From Macrostomum lignano (taxonomy: Eukaryota), in NCBI GenBank assembly GCA_002269645.1, contig NIVC01001233.1:76021-140020 (forward strand): a stretch of DNA of 64,000 bases. The letters are read 5' to 3'. Position numbers and translations under genes: made by a program. Positions 37,901 to 47,910 of the stretch are shown here, piece by piece (position 1 is the first letter of the stretch; each line of letters starts with the position of its first letter). The notes under the pieces were generated by a model. It made no database searches. It had not been told where the DNA came from and worked only from the letters and a program-made list of their open reading frames with translations.

Positions 37901-39011
37901 TGCAAAGCTTGCACCTGCTTAAGCCTCAGTAAAACAAGATTATAATTTATTTTCAGCACTGATTTTAGTCACCGATATCAGTTACCATGAGCTCAAGTTT
38001 TTGTTATTAAATTTCTTTGAAGTTTGAAGAAGCTCAATGATTGCAGAGTTGCTCTGAAAAAGTATGCTTTAGTTTGTCACGAATTTGCACTTTTGTACGT
38101 TTGCACTTTTGTATCCTAGGGCTCGGGCACTACGCGTAAATGTACGAGGTAATAATCAGTAAAAAACTATAAAATTATAAAGTTTTAGTGTCTAATAACA
38201 ACAGAGTGATCAGACTCGAAGTAATGAAAGGGAAAGAGCGCATATTTTCAATAAGCAGTCAAACTCTTTAAGTTGCAACTACAATTCGTGTGCACTGTAA
38301 ATGTACATGCGCACTGTTAAAAGTACATGCACATGTTAAAAGTACACGTGCGCTATTAAAGTACTGCGCACTATTTAAGTACGTGCGCACTATTAGAGTA
38401 CGTGAGCACTATTAGAGTACGCGCGCACTATTGAAGTAAATGCGCACTATTAAAGTACTGAGCGCCCGCTCGCCGTCCCACTCCAGGCCGTCGCCCCGAC
38501 CCAGCGCCGACCCTACCAGCCGCAGCCCAACATGGACTTTGACTACACCGCCCCGGTGCGCAGTGCCGCCGAATCTGAGTCCAGCCCGGTTGAGCGGCCG
38601 CCGGACGTTGTCCGGTCAGGCGATCCAAATCCGGCCGATGAGCTGCCGCCGGCCAACTTCACCCGCTCGGCGCTGCAGATGTGGAAGAACAAGGAGGTGG
38701 AAGGCGGCAAGGTTGCGCCAAATCCCGAGACCTCCGAGCGGCTCCGACAGCGCGCCCGCGAGACCTCCGGGGTCAACAACAACATCCGATTGCCGGGGGC
38801 CGCCTCCGTTGGTGTCTCCGGCTCCCGTGATTCCGACGACGCTGAGAGGCCGTCGTCGCCGCAGCCGCAGCCGCGCGACGAATCGTCGGAGAACGAACCG
38901 TCGGTGCCGCCAGCAGACGTGGCTCGCTGGGGCGCCGGCGACGGCAACGACGAAATGCCGAAACAGGGCATCACGCAGAATCTGCGCTCGATGTTCAGCG
39001 GCGGCCAGTAG
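12209..39011 (+). CDS. LIM-domain actin-associated protein (EPLIN/LIMA1-XIRP-LIMD2-class LIM), multi-exon gene model
   Basis: Phase-consistent exons: 12209-12268, 12423-12488, 14359-14488, 21505-21812, (28134-28253 possible), 28776-28900, 29401-29474, 29554-29598, 29676-29764, (31190-31375 alternative), 31744-31977, 37215-37610, 38487-39011 (TAG). All GT-AG. In-frame upstream ATG at 12188. Linkage of the N-terminal exons to the LIM exons rests on phase and strand only. Confidence 0.75.
13699..13887. mobile_element. MITE related to the 4988-5152 element
   Basis: Right end reverse complement GGGGTCGCCATCATAAACCTGAAA resembles the 4988 end; internal CCCGAAATATCAC subrepeats in inverted orientation; left end shortened, no TSD seen. 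Confidence 0.7.
14520..15070. repeat. Purine-rich degenerate minisatellite (GGAGAGGAGTAGACAGC family)
   Basis: Repeating AGTAGACAGCGGAGA core, including ~60-bp compound units. Confidence 0.9.
15733..15800. mobile_element. Fragment of a dispersed repeat (GGGCCGGATA motif), second copy at 63603-63660
   Basis: GGGCCGGAT(T/A)GCTATT...CAAAG...GCCGGATAGAGAGGCTT...CGGGCC shared; both copies follow GA-rich tracts. Confidence 0.55.
16418..16991. repeat. (CTAT)n/GATA microsatellite, ~570 bp
   Basis: Direct reading. Confidence 0.98.
17645..21300. repeat. 33/32-bp satellite CCTGTAGCTATTATGATCGGTCATTGGAATTCC
   Basis: 33-bp period, with 32-bp CATTGTCATTCC variants occurring in blocks. Confidence 0.97.
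21921..22160. repeat. 77-bp tandem repeat, ~3 copies
   Basis: CATTGGCTGGTG at 21921, 21998, 22075 and 22146. Confidence 0.92.
22741..22830. repeat. Dispersed repeat fragment, second copy at ~24181-24275
   Basis: Shared GGC(A/C)AACCCCC...CAAAG...GTG(T/C)ACATGC...GACCGCTGTACAC...TGTGTGAG. Confidence 0.55.
23524..23979. mobile_element. ~455-bp non-autonomous DNA transposon, TIR CACAGATAC...TAGATGGGCCACTCAG
   Basis: Inverted ends; near-complete reverse-orientation copy at 44523-44973. Confidence 0.88.
24973..25036 (+). mobile_element. tRNA-derived SINE head or tRNA pseudogene (Ser-GCT-like loop)
   Basis: A-box TAGCCAAGATGG, loop GGACTGCTAAT, B-box GGGTTCGAATC; no convincing acceptor stem or Ser long variable arm. 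Confidence 0.5.
25080..26900. repeat. 23-bp satellite GAGCCACCATGTCAAACATAAAA
   Basis: 23-bp period (e.g. 25622, 25645, 25668). Confidence 0.96.
26985..27790. repeat. 17-18-bp G-rich minisatellite ATGCTTGCTATCTGGGGG
   Basis: Direct reading; variable G-run length. Confidence 0.95.
28776..29474 (+). CDS. LIM domain exons (28776-28900 + 29401-29474)
   Basis: Spliced: [61 protein letters not shown]; full Cys/His LIM pattern with the VYPME and LYCxPH signatures of the EPLIN/LIMD2/MICAL class. Confidence 0.95.
28905..29310. repeat. 21-bp minisatellite GAGTTACAGGTCTGACAGAAT inside the intron that splits the LIM domain
   Basis: 21-bp period beginning just after the 28901 donor. Confidence 0.96.
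30370..30845. repeat. 80-bp tandem repeat x6 carrying AGCCAATGA
   Basis: CTAGGGGGCAGG at 30461, 30541, 30621, 30701, 30781, plus a first variant unit near 30380. Confidence 0.95.
31190..31375 (+). CDS. Candidate alternative first or cassette exon of the LIM gene
   Basis: ATG at 31190, GC-rich open frame, GAC|GTAAAA phase-0 donor compatible with exon 31744. Confidence 0.5.
32050..35607. repeat. 23-bp satellite GAGTAGACTCAATTCAGTTTA(C/T)T
   Basis: Highly homogeneous 23-bp period over ~3.5 kb. Confidence 0.98.
35912..37065. repeat. 23-bp satellite CCCATTGAATCTGCCTCTCTGCT
   Basis: 23-bp period. Confidence 0.97.
38290..38460. repeat. Degenerate ~20-bp repeat GCGCACTATTAAAGTAC just upstream of the last LIM-gene exon
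   Basis: About 8 degenerate units. Confidence 0.8.
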
Positions 39012-39594
39012 TAGACTCGCGTACTTTTAGCATGTACTTTTCGACGTTTCTTAAGATATAGACTACTAAAGTGCATATGTACTCTAGGAAGTTGTGCGCA
39101 CTCTAACAGTGTACGCTATCAAAGCAACCCCGCCCCATTCCCAATTAAAAACTCCGTTAAGCACCAATAAAAATGGAATGGACTTTTTTATTTTGCTTTT
39201 TTGTAACTTTTTTCTTAACAATATTTTTATAAGCGAGCTCGTCAGGCCTCCCAACGCTGAACACAACGATTTTGATCTTGCTTTGCTGCATAACTCGATA
39301 ATTTGCTACTCTGTTCACACTGAGCCTATGAGCTGCTATTGCTTCTGTACTCTTGTAATTTGATTTAATTCGAATGTGCTTAGCAAGCTCGCTTATCTTG
39401 GTTAGCTGGATCCCACCGATTCATTCCCACATTTTAACCGCGGTTTTTTATAAAATATAATACACAAATATTTTTCCTTCTTTTCAAAATTTCCTCTTTT
39501 GTTGCGTTCCATCGGCTTTTTGTATGCTAGCCTTTATTAGCTACTGAGCACAATAGTAGTATGTATTGTATTTTATTGCGTCGAATTTGCACTC

Positions 39595-39860
39595 CAATGC
39601 GCGCATTGGTAAAGTGCGCGCCTATATAAGCGCCCATCGATAAAAGTGCGCACCTATATAAGCGCGCATTGGTAAAGTGCGCACCTATATAAGGGCGCAT
39701 TGATAAAAGTGCGCACCTATATAAGCGCGCATTGGTAAAGTGCGCACCTATATAAGCGCGCATCGATAAAAGTGTGCACCTATATAAGCGCGCATTGGTA
39801 AAGTGCGCTTCTATATAAGCGCGCATTGATAAAAGTGCGCATCTATATAAGCGCGCTTTG
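39595..39860. repeat. 31/32-bp alternating repeat with AAGTGCGCACCTATATAAG core
   Basis: Eight CTATATAAG cores counted. Confidence 0.92.
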
Positions 39861-40244
39861 CAAATCCTGCCAGTGTGTGTGTGTTTGGTTTTTAAAAGCC
39901 TGATTCCTATTGTTATTCCATCTCCATATATAATGATATTCCTATTTGTTCCTGTTATTATAAAGTAATTGATATTTATAAATTCCGAGAATTATTTACC
40001 GAAATGATAATTGAACCCAGTATACTCGCTTATGCCTTGTTTTCGATATGCTACGGTACTGTAGTGAGTGGAAGTATTAACATTGTAGCCAGTTAGCGTT
40101 AACTGATTGTCCAATAAAATCGGTTGAAACTGTTGATTTTTTAATGAGATACCCTGCCACCGGCTCCAACACAGTGGGGAGAGTAATGCGCTGCAAACTG
40201 TTGATTGTAACTGACTTGGCATTTGTTCTTTGTGTGATTCAGTG

Positions 40245-41510
40245 GCTGGAAACCATGTGGGTTGTAGCTGGAAACCATGTGGGTTGTAGATGGAAACCAT
40301 GTGGGTTGTAAGCTGGAAACCATGTGGGTTGTAGCAGGAAGGCACGTGGATTGTAGCTGGAAACCATGTGGGTTGTAGCTGGAAACCATGTGGTATGTAA
40401 CTGGCCACCATGTGGATTGTAGTTGGCACCATGTGGGTTGTAAGCTGGAAACCATGTGGGTTGTAAGCTGGAAACCATGTGGGTTGTAGCTGGAAACCAT
40501 GTGGGTTGTAGATGGAAACCATGTGGGTTGTAAGCTGGAAACCATGTGGGTTGTAGCAGGAAGGCACGTGGATTGTAGCTGGAAACCATGTGGGTTGTAG
40601 CTGGAAACCATGTGGTATGTAACTGGCCACCATGTGGATTGTAGTTGGCACCATGTGGGTTGTAAGCTGGAAACCATGTGGGTTGTAAGCTGGAAACCAT
40701 GTGGGTTGTAGCTGGAAACCATGTGGGTTGTAGATGGAAACCATGTGGGTTGTAAGCTGGAAACCATGTGGGTTGTAGCAGGAAGGCACGTGGATTGTAG
40801 CTGGAAACCATGTGGGTTGTAGCTGGAAACCATGTGGTATGTAACTGGCCACCATGTGGATTGTAGTTGGCACCATGTGGGTTGTAAGCTGGAAACCATG
40901 TGGGTTGTAAGCTGGAAACCATGTGGGTTGTAGCTGGAAACCATGTGGGTTGTAGATGGAAACCATGTGGGTTGTAAGCTGGAAACCATGTGGGTTGTAG
41001 CAGGAAGGCACGTGGATTGTAGCTGGAAACCATGTGGGTTGTAGCTGGAAACCATTTGGATTGTAGCTGGATACCATGTGGGTTGTAAGCTGGAAACCAT
41101 TTGGATTGTAGCTGGATACCATGTGGGTTGTAAGCTGGAAACCATTTGGATTGTAGCTGGAAACCATGTGGGTTGTAAGCTGGAAACCATGTGGGTTTTA
41201 GCTGGAAACCATGTGGGTTGTAAGTTGGAAACCATGTGGGTTGTAAGTTGGAAACCATGTAGGTTTTAGCTGGAAACCATGTGGGTTGTAAGTTGGAAAC
41301 CATGTGGGTTGTAGCTGGAAACCATGTGGTTTGTAGCTGGAAACCATGTAGGTTTTAGCTGGAAACCATGTGGGTTGTAAGTTGGAAACCATGTGGGTTG
41401 TAGCTGGAAACCATGTGGGTTGTAGCTGGAAACCATGTGGGTTGTAGCTGGAAACCATGTGGGTTGTAAGTTGGAAACCATGTGGGTTGTAGCTGGAAAC
41501 CATGTGGGAA
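40245..41510. repeat. 22-23-bp satellite GCTGGAAACCATGTGGGTTGTA with a 222-bp higher-order repeat
   Basis: Variant GCAGGAAGGCACGTGG at 40334, 40556, 40778, 41000. Confidence 0.95.
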
Positions 41511-42174
41511 AAACATTCAAGCTGTGGTTTCGCTTTTAGTGGATGTTTTGAATGTCTAAATTTATATTCAACAGTTGGTAATGGGTACCGCACAGTTACT
41601 GCACTTAAACTCTTGTTAAATGCTTGCAGTCGGTTTGAAAAACCTTTATCATTTAACTACAGCTGGGGGGATGTCTGCATAGAACGCATGCAGCTGCTTG
41701 TTCCTCAAATGCGCAGAATTACACCATAAGGCAGATTGGAGCAGAATGTGAAGGTTAAAAATATCTCCCCTGCCCCCAGTTTTTCCCCCAAATCCCCTCT
41801 CCATATATGGAAATGAGCTGTGGGATGGATAGAAGCCTTCAGGACGAGTCCTGTTTCTCTCCCGCTTCCCGGTTCTCCTTTTTCCTTCCCTCCCTGCAGA
41901 GATTCTGAGTACACTGGCTGAGTACTCCAGTGTACTCACAGGATGCCTCAGCGGTCGATAATTCCAGCCTCAGTCTGGCTTAGTCTCGCCTCTTCTCTGC
42001 AGTTTTGAGCGTCTCCATGGCAACTGCGCAGAGAGGCTGTGGTGGACGGGAGAGGAGAGGAACGTTGAGGATGGATTATCGATCCGAGTCTCAGTGCACT
42101 GGCCAAGCCAGATAAATCCCCAACCAGTTGGCATCCGCAGCCCTCTCCTTCCTCACTGCGAGAAACACTCAACC

Positions 42175-43646
42175 ATGCAGTCTCCGCGCTTCATCAATAA
42201 CAGCCGCTCCCAGCTGGTGCTGGCCCTGCTGCTCCTGGCGACCGCCCTGCCGGCCCCGGCCGCTGCCTCCGGCGGCTACGCCGACTACCTGGCCAGCATC
42301 GAGAAGCGGAACCAGCGCCTTCATGACGACTACCTGGGCAGCCTGGCCGATGGACAGCGCAGCTTCCTGGACGATCTGAACGGCCATGTGGCCGACCTGC
42401 AGGCCCGGCACTACGTCAGCGACTCCGCCTACCCGGCCGGCTTCGACGCCGACCGCTACTGGTCGGAGCTGCTCGAGCGGACCGCCCAGGCTGCCGATGC
42501 CCAGCGGGCTGCTCGCAGCGGCCTCGGTGAACTCGACGACGACCGCCTGGTTGACGATTCCGACATCGTTGTCGGCGGCGGCGGCCCGGCCCGGCGCGAG
42601 GAGGAGCCGTTCCTCAACCGGATCTGGGGCGCGCAGAAGGTCAGCGGCGGCGCCGGCGAGCCTGGCCAGGTGACGGGCCCGGAGGACCGGCCGCAGCCGG
42701 CCAAGGTGATGAGCGACACCCTGCCGAGCTACTGTAACCCGCCCAACCCCTGCCCGGTGGGCGCCGATCCCGCCAAGCTGACCGCCCCCTGCGACAGCCA
42801 CGTCAGCGACACCGCCGAGTACAACCGGAACGACGCCCTGACGAAGATGGCCGCCGGGCAGTGCCCCTGCGACAACGAGCACATGGAGTGCCCGGCTGGC
42901 AGCGTTGGCGTCAATTCCAAGAAAGCCTCGCAGGTAAACATCTGACTCCCAGATTTCAGATTAGAATATTTATCTTTCATACCAGCTGAAGATAAATTCC
43001 TATTCTCAATATGCTACAGATGGGCGGTCACCTCAATCCGTTCCTGCTTGGCAACAAGCGGGACAAGCTGGACGCCAAGAAGTCGCCACGGTACTCCATA
43101 AGCAAGCGCGGCGTGCGGGCCAAATTTCAGAGCCGAGTGGTGCGTTGAGATGGGAGGGAAGGGGAGAGGGCTTTGATGATCTAAATCTTAACTTTAGACG
43201 GTAAAAAATTATCAACTATGCAGTCTGGTGCTGGCGAGATGGTTTGGCCATAGACTGTAATGAAAGGCCATAGACAATAAAATTGGCCTTCACTCCTAAT
43301 GTTGTATCTAAGGTATTTTTCTCAGAATTTTCTCCATTTAATAGTCTGTGGGTATTTTATAGTCCTTGGTAATTTTATAGTCTATGGCCATTTTATTGTC
43401 TATGGCTATTTTAAAGTCTATAACCAAACCGTTCCAACATCAACGCTGCGTTTTTTCTTTGCATTAGAAAATTTCGGAGTTTCAGTTTGATCGTCAACAA
43501 GCGGGAGAGCTGTCTAAATAATGTCTGCTCACAACCCCCCGCAGATGGAGAAGAAGAACCCCTGGCTTGATGGCGTGGACGCCCTTGACACCGTCGAGAA
43601 GAAAGCCGGGCGCCACGTCTACCTGGAGGAGCCGCTGGTGGAGTGA
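42175..43646 (+). CDS. 7B2: Neuroendocrine protein 7B2 (prohormone convertase 2 chaperone/inhibitor); exons 42175-42933, 43020-43112, 43545-43646
   Basis: Signal-peptide-like LVLALLLLATALPAPAAA; 7B2 hallmark LPSYCNPPNPCPVG...CPCDNEHMECP; two CT-peptide motifs LNPFLLGNKRDKLDAKK and KNPWLDGVDALDTVEKK; phase-0 introns (second donor GGC|GTGCGG is weaker). Confidence 0.93.
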
Positions 43647-44257
43647 CTCTCTCCGAGTGACTCTATCCTCGCACGAAGCTAAAATCATCATCAATGCAGC
43701 TCACCCTGAGAGCAATTATCCTGGAATTATCCAAAACTTTATTACGAGTACTATTTTTGATGCAAAGCTATTTAAAAGATCTCTAAGAATTTTTAAAAAG
43801 TCGCGAACTAACATCGAAACAGCGCTAGCAAATAATACAACCGGGTCTGCTAAAATTCTCTCCAAAGAAAATATTAACAAGCAAAATTTAACAACCTTTT
43901 TCTCGATTTTTCTCTGTGCAGCCCGAAGCATTCAGCAATTTTTTTCGATTTTCCCTGCCGCCTTTGTGATTTCTATTTCTTGGAAAATTGTGTTTGAACC
44001 CAGGTGTTCAGGGAAATCCCTACAGATCAAAGTGAGGCTCAAAGACGCCGGTCCCGAGACAAAAACTGCTGGTCCCGTCTGGTCTGTGAAGGCTTTTTCA
44101 AGATAATTGGCCTGGCTACGGCCGTGACACGTGTTGAGCTGCTTCGACGAAAAGTGACCAATTTTTCGAAAATAATTGCGTTTTTCTCTGCATCACCTGA
44201 TCCAGTCCAGCAGCCATTTCAATAGCCTCACCTGGTGCCACAATTCTAAGCCCAATT

Positions 44258-44408
44258 GTTGTTGTTGTTAAGCCGGGGTGGGAAGTCGGGGGCTACCCGC
44301 GGATCAGCCCTGAGAGGGGCTCTGCCGCTGAGGGGCACTACCAGGGGCATAAAGCCCGAGATACCCGCCTGATTGGACCCCGACCCAATTACGCCTAATT
44401 CTATGACC
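44258..44408 (-). mobile_element. 5'-truncated non-LTR retroelement 3' end with (AAC)n tail and 17-bp TSD
   Basis: CAATTCTAAGCCCAATT at 44241-44257 and 44409-44425; (GTT)4 at the left junction. Short tandem-repeat tails are known in RTE/CR1-type clades. Confidence 0.72.
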
Positions 44409-44522
44409 CAATTCTAAGCCCAATTACGAGTAGATAAATTCCAGATGGGGGACAAGAGCAGTCAGATTTTACAAGCGCAATCATGACGAAATTTTAATAA
44501 AACTGAGCGCAATTATCTAGAA

Positions 44523-44973
44523 AACAGATACTAGAATAACTAGACTGGATGGGCCACTCAGGCATACACTTAGTAAAACAGCTTTCTACTTTCAGTTCAG
44601 TAGCAAAGAAGAATACATAAGCTATTTTATAAAAAATAAAGCCAGCTGAAATGACTTTGATAAGTTTAGAAGCCCAAGCTTGCAGGCGTAAACAGCTTGC
44701 TAATTGGTTCAGCAATAATGTACATTAGCCAGTCCACTGAAATGTACATGGCAGCTTTAGGCTGGAATTCCGAAAGGCAATAAAAATTGGGGCGGGGCGA
44801 GGGGGGGAGTGTGGAAAGGCGCGGTTGGAGGGTTTAAGCTGGGGGTAAGAGCCAATAAATGAGCCTTGGCTTTAAAAATACATTAAAATGCTTCTGTTTA
44901 ACTTACTACTGAACTGAAAGTAGCTTACACGCAAATTTGCTGAGTGGCCCATCTAGGTATTCGAGTATCTGTG
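44523..44973. mobile_element. Second copy (inverted) of the 23524-23979 DNA transposon, 7-bp TSD TCTAGAA
   Basis: TCTAGAA at 44516-44522 and 44974-44980; internal sequence is the reverse complement of the first copy. Confidence 0.88.
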
Positions 44974-45644
44974 TCTAGAACTGACATCCAGTTTGCAAAG
45001 TGATTTCTAGAGTTTCTTCAACAGAAAATTGACCTGGCGCTGCTTGAACAGACATCCATGAGGAGCAATTCCTGGAACCAGCAGATGTCAGATTGACTTG
45101 TTGACGTCAACTGTTTGTTGCCACTGTTCTAGGGATAATCTCGTTGGCCAGATGGAAGTTCCTAATCCGCAATAGTGGCAGCTGCTGGTGAGCATCACAT
45201 TGGCCCAATAGAATGGGTTTTACCTCTCGATTTCTGCATTGCTCGAGATGCGATTGCATCAGAGACAGTCAAATTTACTCTTGTAGCACAAATAAAGCGG
45301 AGAGACTCAACTATTGACATGCAGTTTGAGTCGAATGAGTGGTCTGGGCCTGAATGTCGCTCCCGTTATCGCGACGTTCTCCGACTATTCTGCCTAGCCA
45401 CATTGAGTCTTGGAAACAGTGGGTGGCCCCCTAAGTCTTAGACGAATGTCGTAAACTACAACCTTTGATTAGGCTTATGAATTATAGAACTTAAAACTAA
45501 GACCGATGAGTCAGTGCTTATGCTAACACTATTGTTTTACGTTCTTGCTCTTTTGAGCTACTGGCTAGCAATCAGCGCCCCCCGTTGGGGAGCGAACAAA
45601 GAATGGAGCAATAAGTTTTGAATAAACTATCAAACACATCTTAG

Positions 45645-46210
45645 CAATTCCTCCTGTAAGCCTTGACATTTTAGCAATTCCCCCCTGTAAGCCTTGACAT
45701 CTTAGCAATTCCCCCCGTAAGCCTTGTCATCTTAGCAATTCCCCCCGTAAGCCTTGACATCTTAGCAATTCCCCCTGTAAGCCTTGACATCTTAGCAATT
45801 CCCCCTGTAAGCCTTGACATCTTAGCAATTCCCCCCATAAGCCTTGACATCTTAGCAATTCCCCCTGTAAGCCTTGACATCTTAGCAATTCCCCCCATAA
45901 GCCTTGACATCTTAGCAATTCCCCCCATAAGCCTTGACATCTTAGCAATTCCATCCGTAAGCCTTGACATCTTAGCAATTCCCCCCGTAAGCCTTGACAT
46001 CTTAGCAATTCCCCCTGTAAGCCTTGACATCTTAGCAATTCCCCCCGTAAGCCTTGACATCTTAGCAATTCCCCCCGTAAGCCTTGACATCTTAGCAATT
46101 CCCCCTGTAAGCCTTGACATCTTAGCAATTCCCCCTGTAAGCCTTGACATCTTAGCAATTCCCCCTGTAAGCCTTGACATCTTAGCAATTCCCCCCGTAA
46201 GCCTTGGCAC
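45645..46210. repeat. 30-bp minisatellite CTTAGCAATTCCCCCTGTAAGCCTTGACAT
   Basis: 30-bp period, about 18 copies. Confidence 0.97.
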
Positions 46211-46962
46211 CTGCGAATGTTAACAATTGTTTTACTTTCTTGCTCTTTTGAGCTACTAAAGTAGCTATAACTAAGTATAGCTCATAGTGTAAGTCAGCAT
46301 GTACTTCTGAGATCATATTCTTTATAAATAATTCTGATGCACTGACGTCTCAATGCTCGAGAGACACTACTACCTATAGTAAGTAGCATAATAGGGCAGT
46401 GTTCATGGAAAGATCAAGCCCAAAACGTTCCTGAAAACGTGATTCTAACTTTTAGCCTCTTCATTTTCTTCATTTTTTTCTATTTTTAAGTTTTGCTTCA
46501 AAGCGTGAACAAAGCTTTTCTTTACTAATTGGATCCTCAAAGCTTTGTTTGTTGCCGTCCAGCAAAATCCATTAGATAAACAGCAAGGGCAATGTTTTAA
46601 TTCTGGCAAGTTCTCTGACAGCTCGTCGAATCTAGGTCGTTTCCGCATCAATTAGCTTAATGTCTAATCAACCTGATAAAAGGGGAGCCAGAAGCTTTTG
46701 TCAGAATTTCCTCGATGCTTTCTTTAGAAGCATAGAGTTCAGTGGTCTCGGTGGCTCCCTGGTCCAGCTAGCATGGGGAGATGAAGAGAGTTCCGCTTCG
46801 AGTCAAGAACTCTAGTAGAAACCTAAAGAAGACTATTTGCAAATTAGTTCGCCACAACTACGAAAAAATTCTGGTCTTGATTGAAGCTGAAGTTTTGGTA
46901 AACTGGGTCCCAGATGTCTATGGCAAAACCCCAGGCTTACTAGGTAGTATTAACAGTAGAAC

Positions 46963-47314
46963 TACACCTTTTCCGTTCAAATTAAACAAAACTCACATGC
47001 TATTTCGACAAGCTGACATTCAATTTCATCATTCTATATTTAGCTACTTCAACCTTCATTGGAATTCGGCAAGCGGCATTCAATTTCGCAGTCGGATATT
47101 CTATTTTCATTTGAAGTTTTTCGCAAGTTTTGTCCATAGACAGAATAAACGCCCTCACTATGGTATGAAATAGAATATCCCATTGCCGAACTTGAATGGG
47201 TCCTTGCCGAATTCGAATGACGGTTGAAGTAGCTAAATATAGAATGATGGAATTGAATGTCAGCTTGCCGAAATAGAATGCGAGTTTGATTGAAATTTAA
47301 CGGGAAAAGGTGTA
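46963..47314. mobile_element. Foldback MITE with ~110-bp TIRs and TA at both ends (Tc1/mariner-like)
   Basis: TACACCTTTTCCGTT...GGAATTCGGCAAG pairs with CTTGCCGAATTC...CGGGAAAAGGTGTA. Confidence 0.83.
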
Positions 47315-47765
47315 CCCGGTGCCGACGGCATCGTGATGACGGAATGCTTGAGAGACTGTCTGCGCGGATGTTCAGCATGGCTTGCCTGCACTATCGAGGC
47401 TTGATCAGAGAAACTTGGCCAGTGACCAATGAAGTCAAGAGCTGATGCAGGCACATGTGGTCGGCGTGCTGATGAAATTTGGAGGCTTGGCAAGGCGGCA
47501 CTGAATACACTAGTGCTTATGGAAAAAATCCGACCATCTGGAAGAATCGTTGAATATCTCGATATTCCAGAGAGCTGGCGACTTGATTATTGAATCTTGT
47601 TTGAGAAGGTGCGCAACAAAAATTTAGCCCGTGTTCTTGAATTTCATGTGCCTGCGTTGCTCCGTTCCGGCGCAGCAAAAAATGTCAGGGGGACGTCTTA
47701 ATTGCTCTACGGGCGAAGAAATGACTTGATATTCCTACCGTTAAACTCGCGAACTTGGTCGCAAA

Positions 47766-47910
47766 TGTCTATGGCAAACCCCAGTCTTACTAGACTGTAC
47801 GCAGATCTCTGTAGCATTGAACTGGCAAACTTTATCGCAAATGTCTATGGCAAAACCCTTAGTCTTACTAGACTGTATGCAGATCTCTGTAGCATTGAAC
47901 TGGCAACTTG
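47766..47910. repeat. ~78-bp tandem duplication sharing GTCTATGGCAAAACCC(C/T) with 46917
   Basis: Two near-identical units, plus a related 28-bp stretch at 46917-46943. Confidence 0.8.

Noticed and set aside
39992-41593. 350-390-aa repeat ORFs on the minus strand
   Set aside because: Satellite translation, open in three frames.
42169-42882. 237-aa antisense ORF over 7B2, and similar antisense/alternate-frame ORFs over GC-rich exons
   Set aside because: Shadow ORFs expected from GC-rich codon usage.
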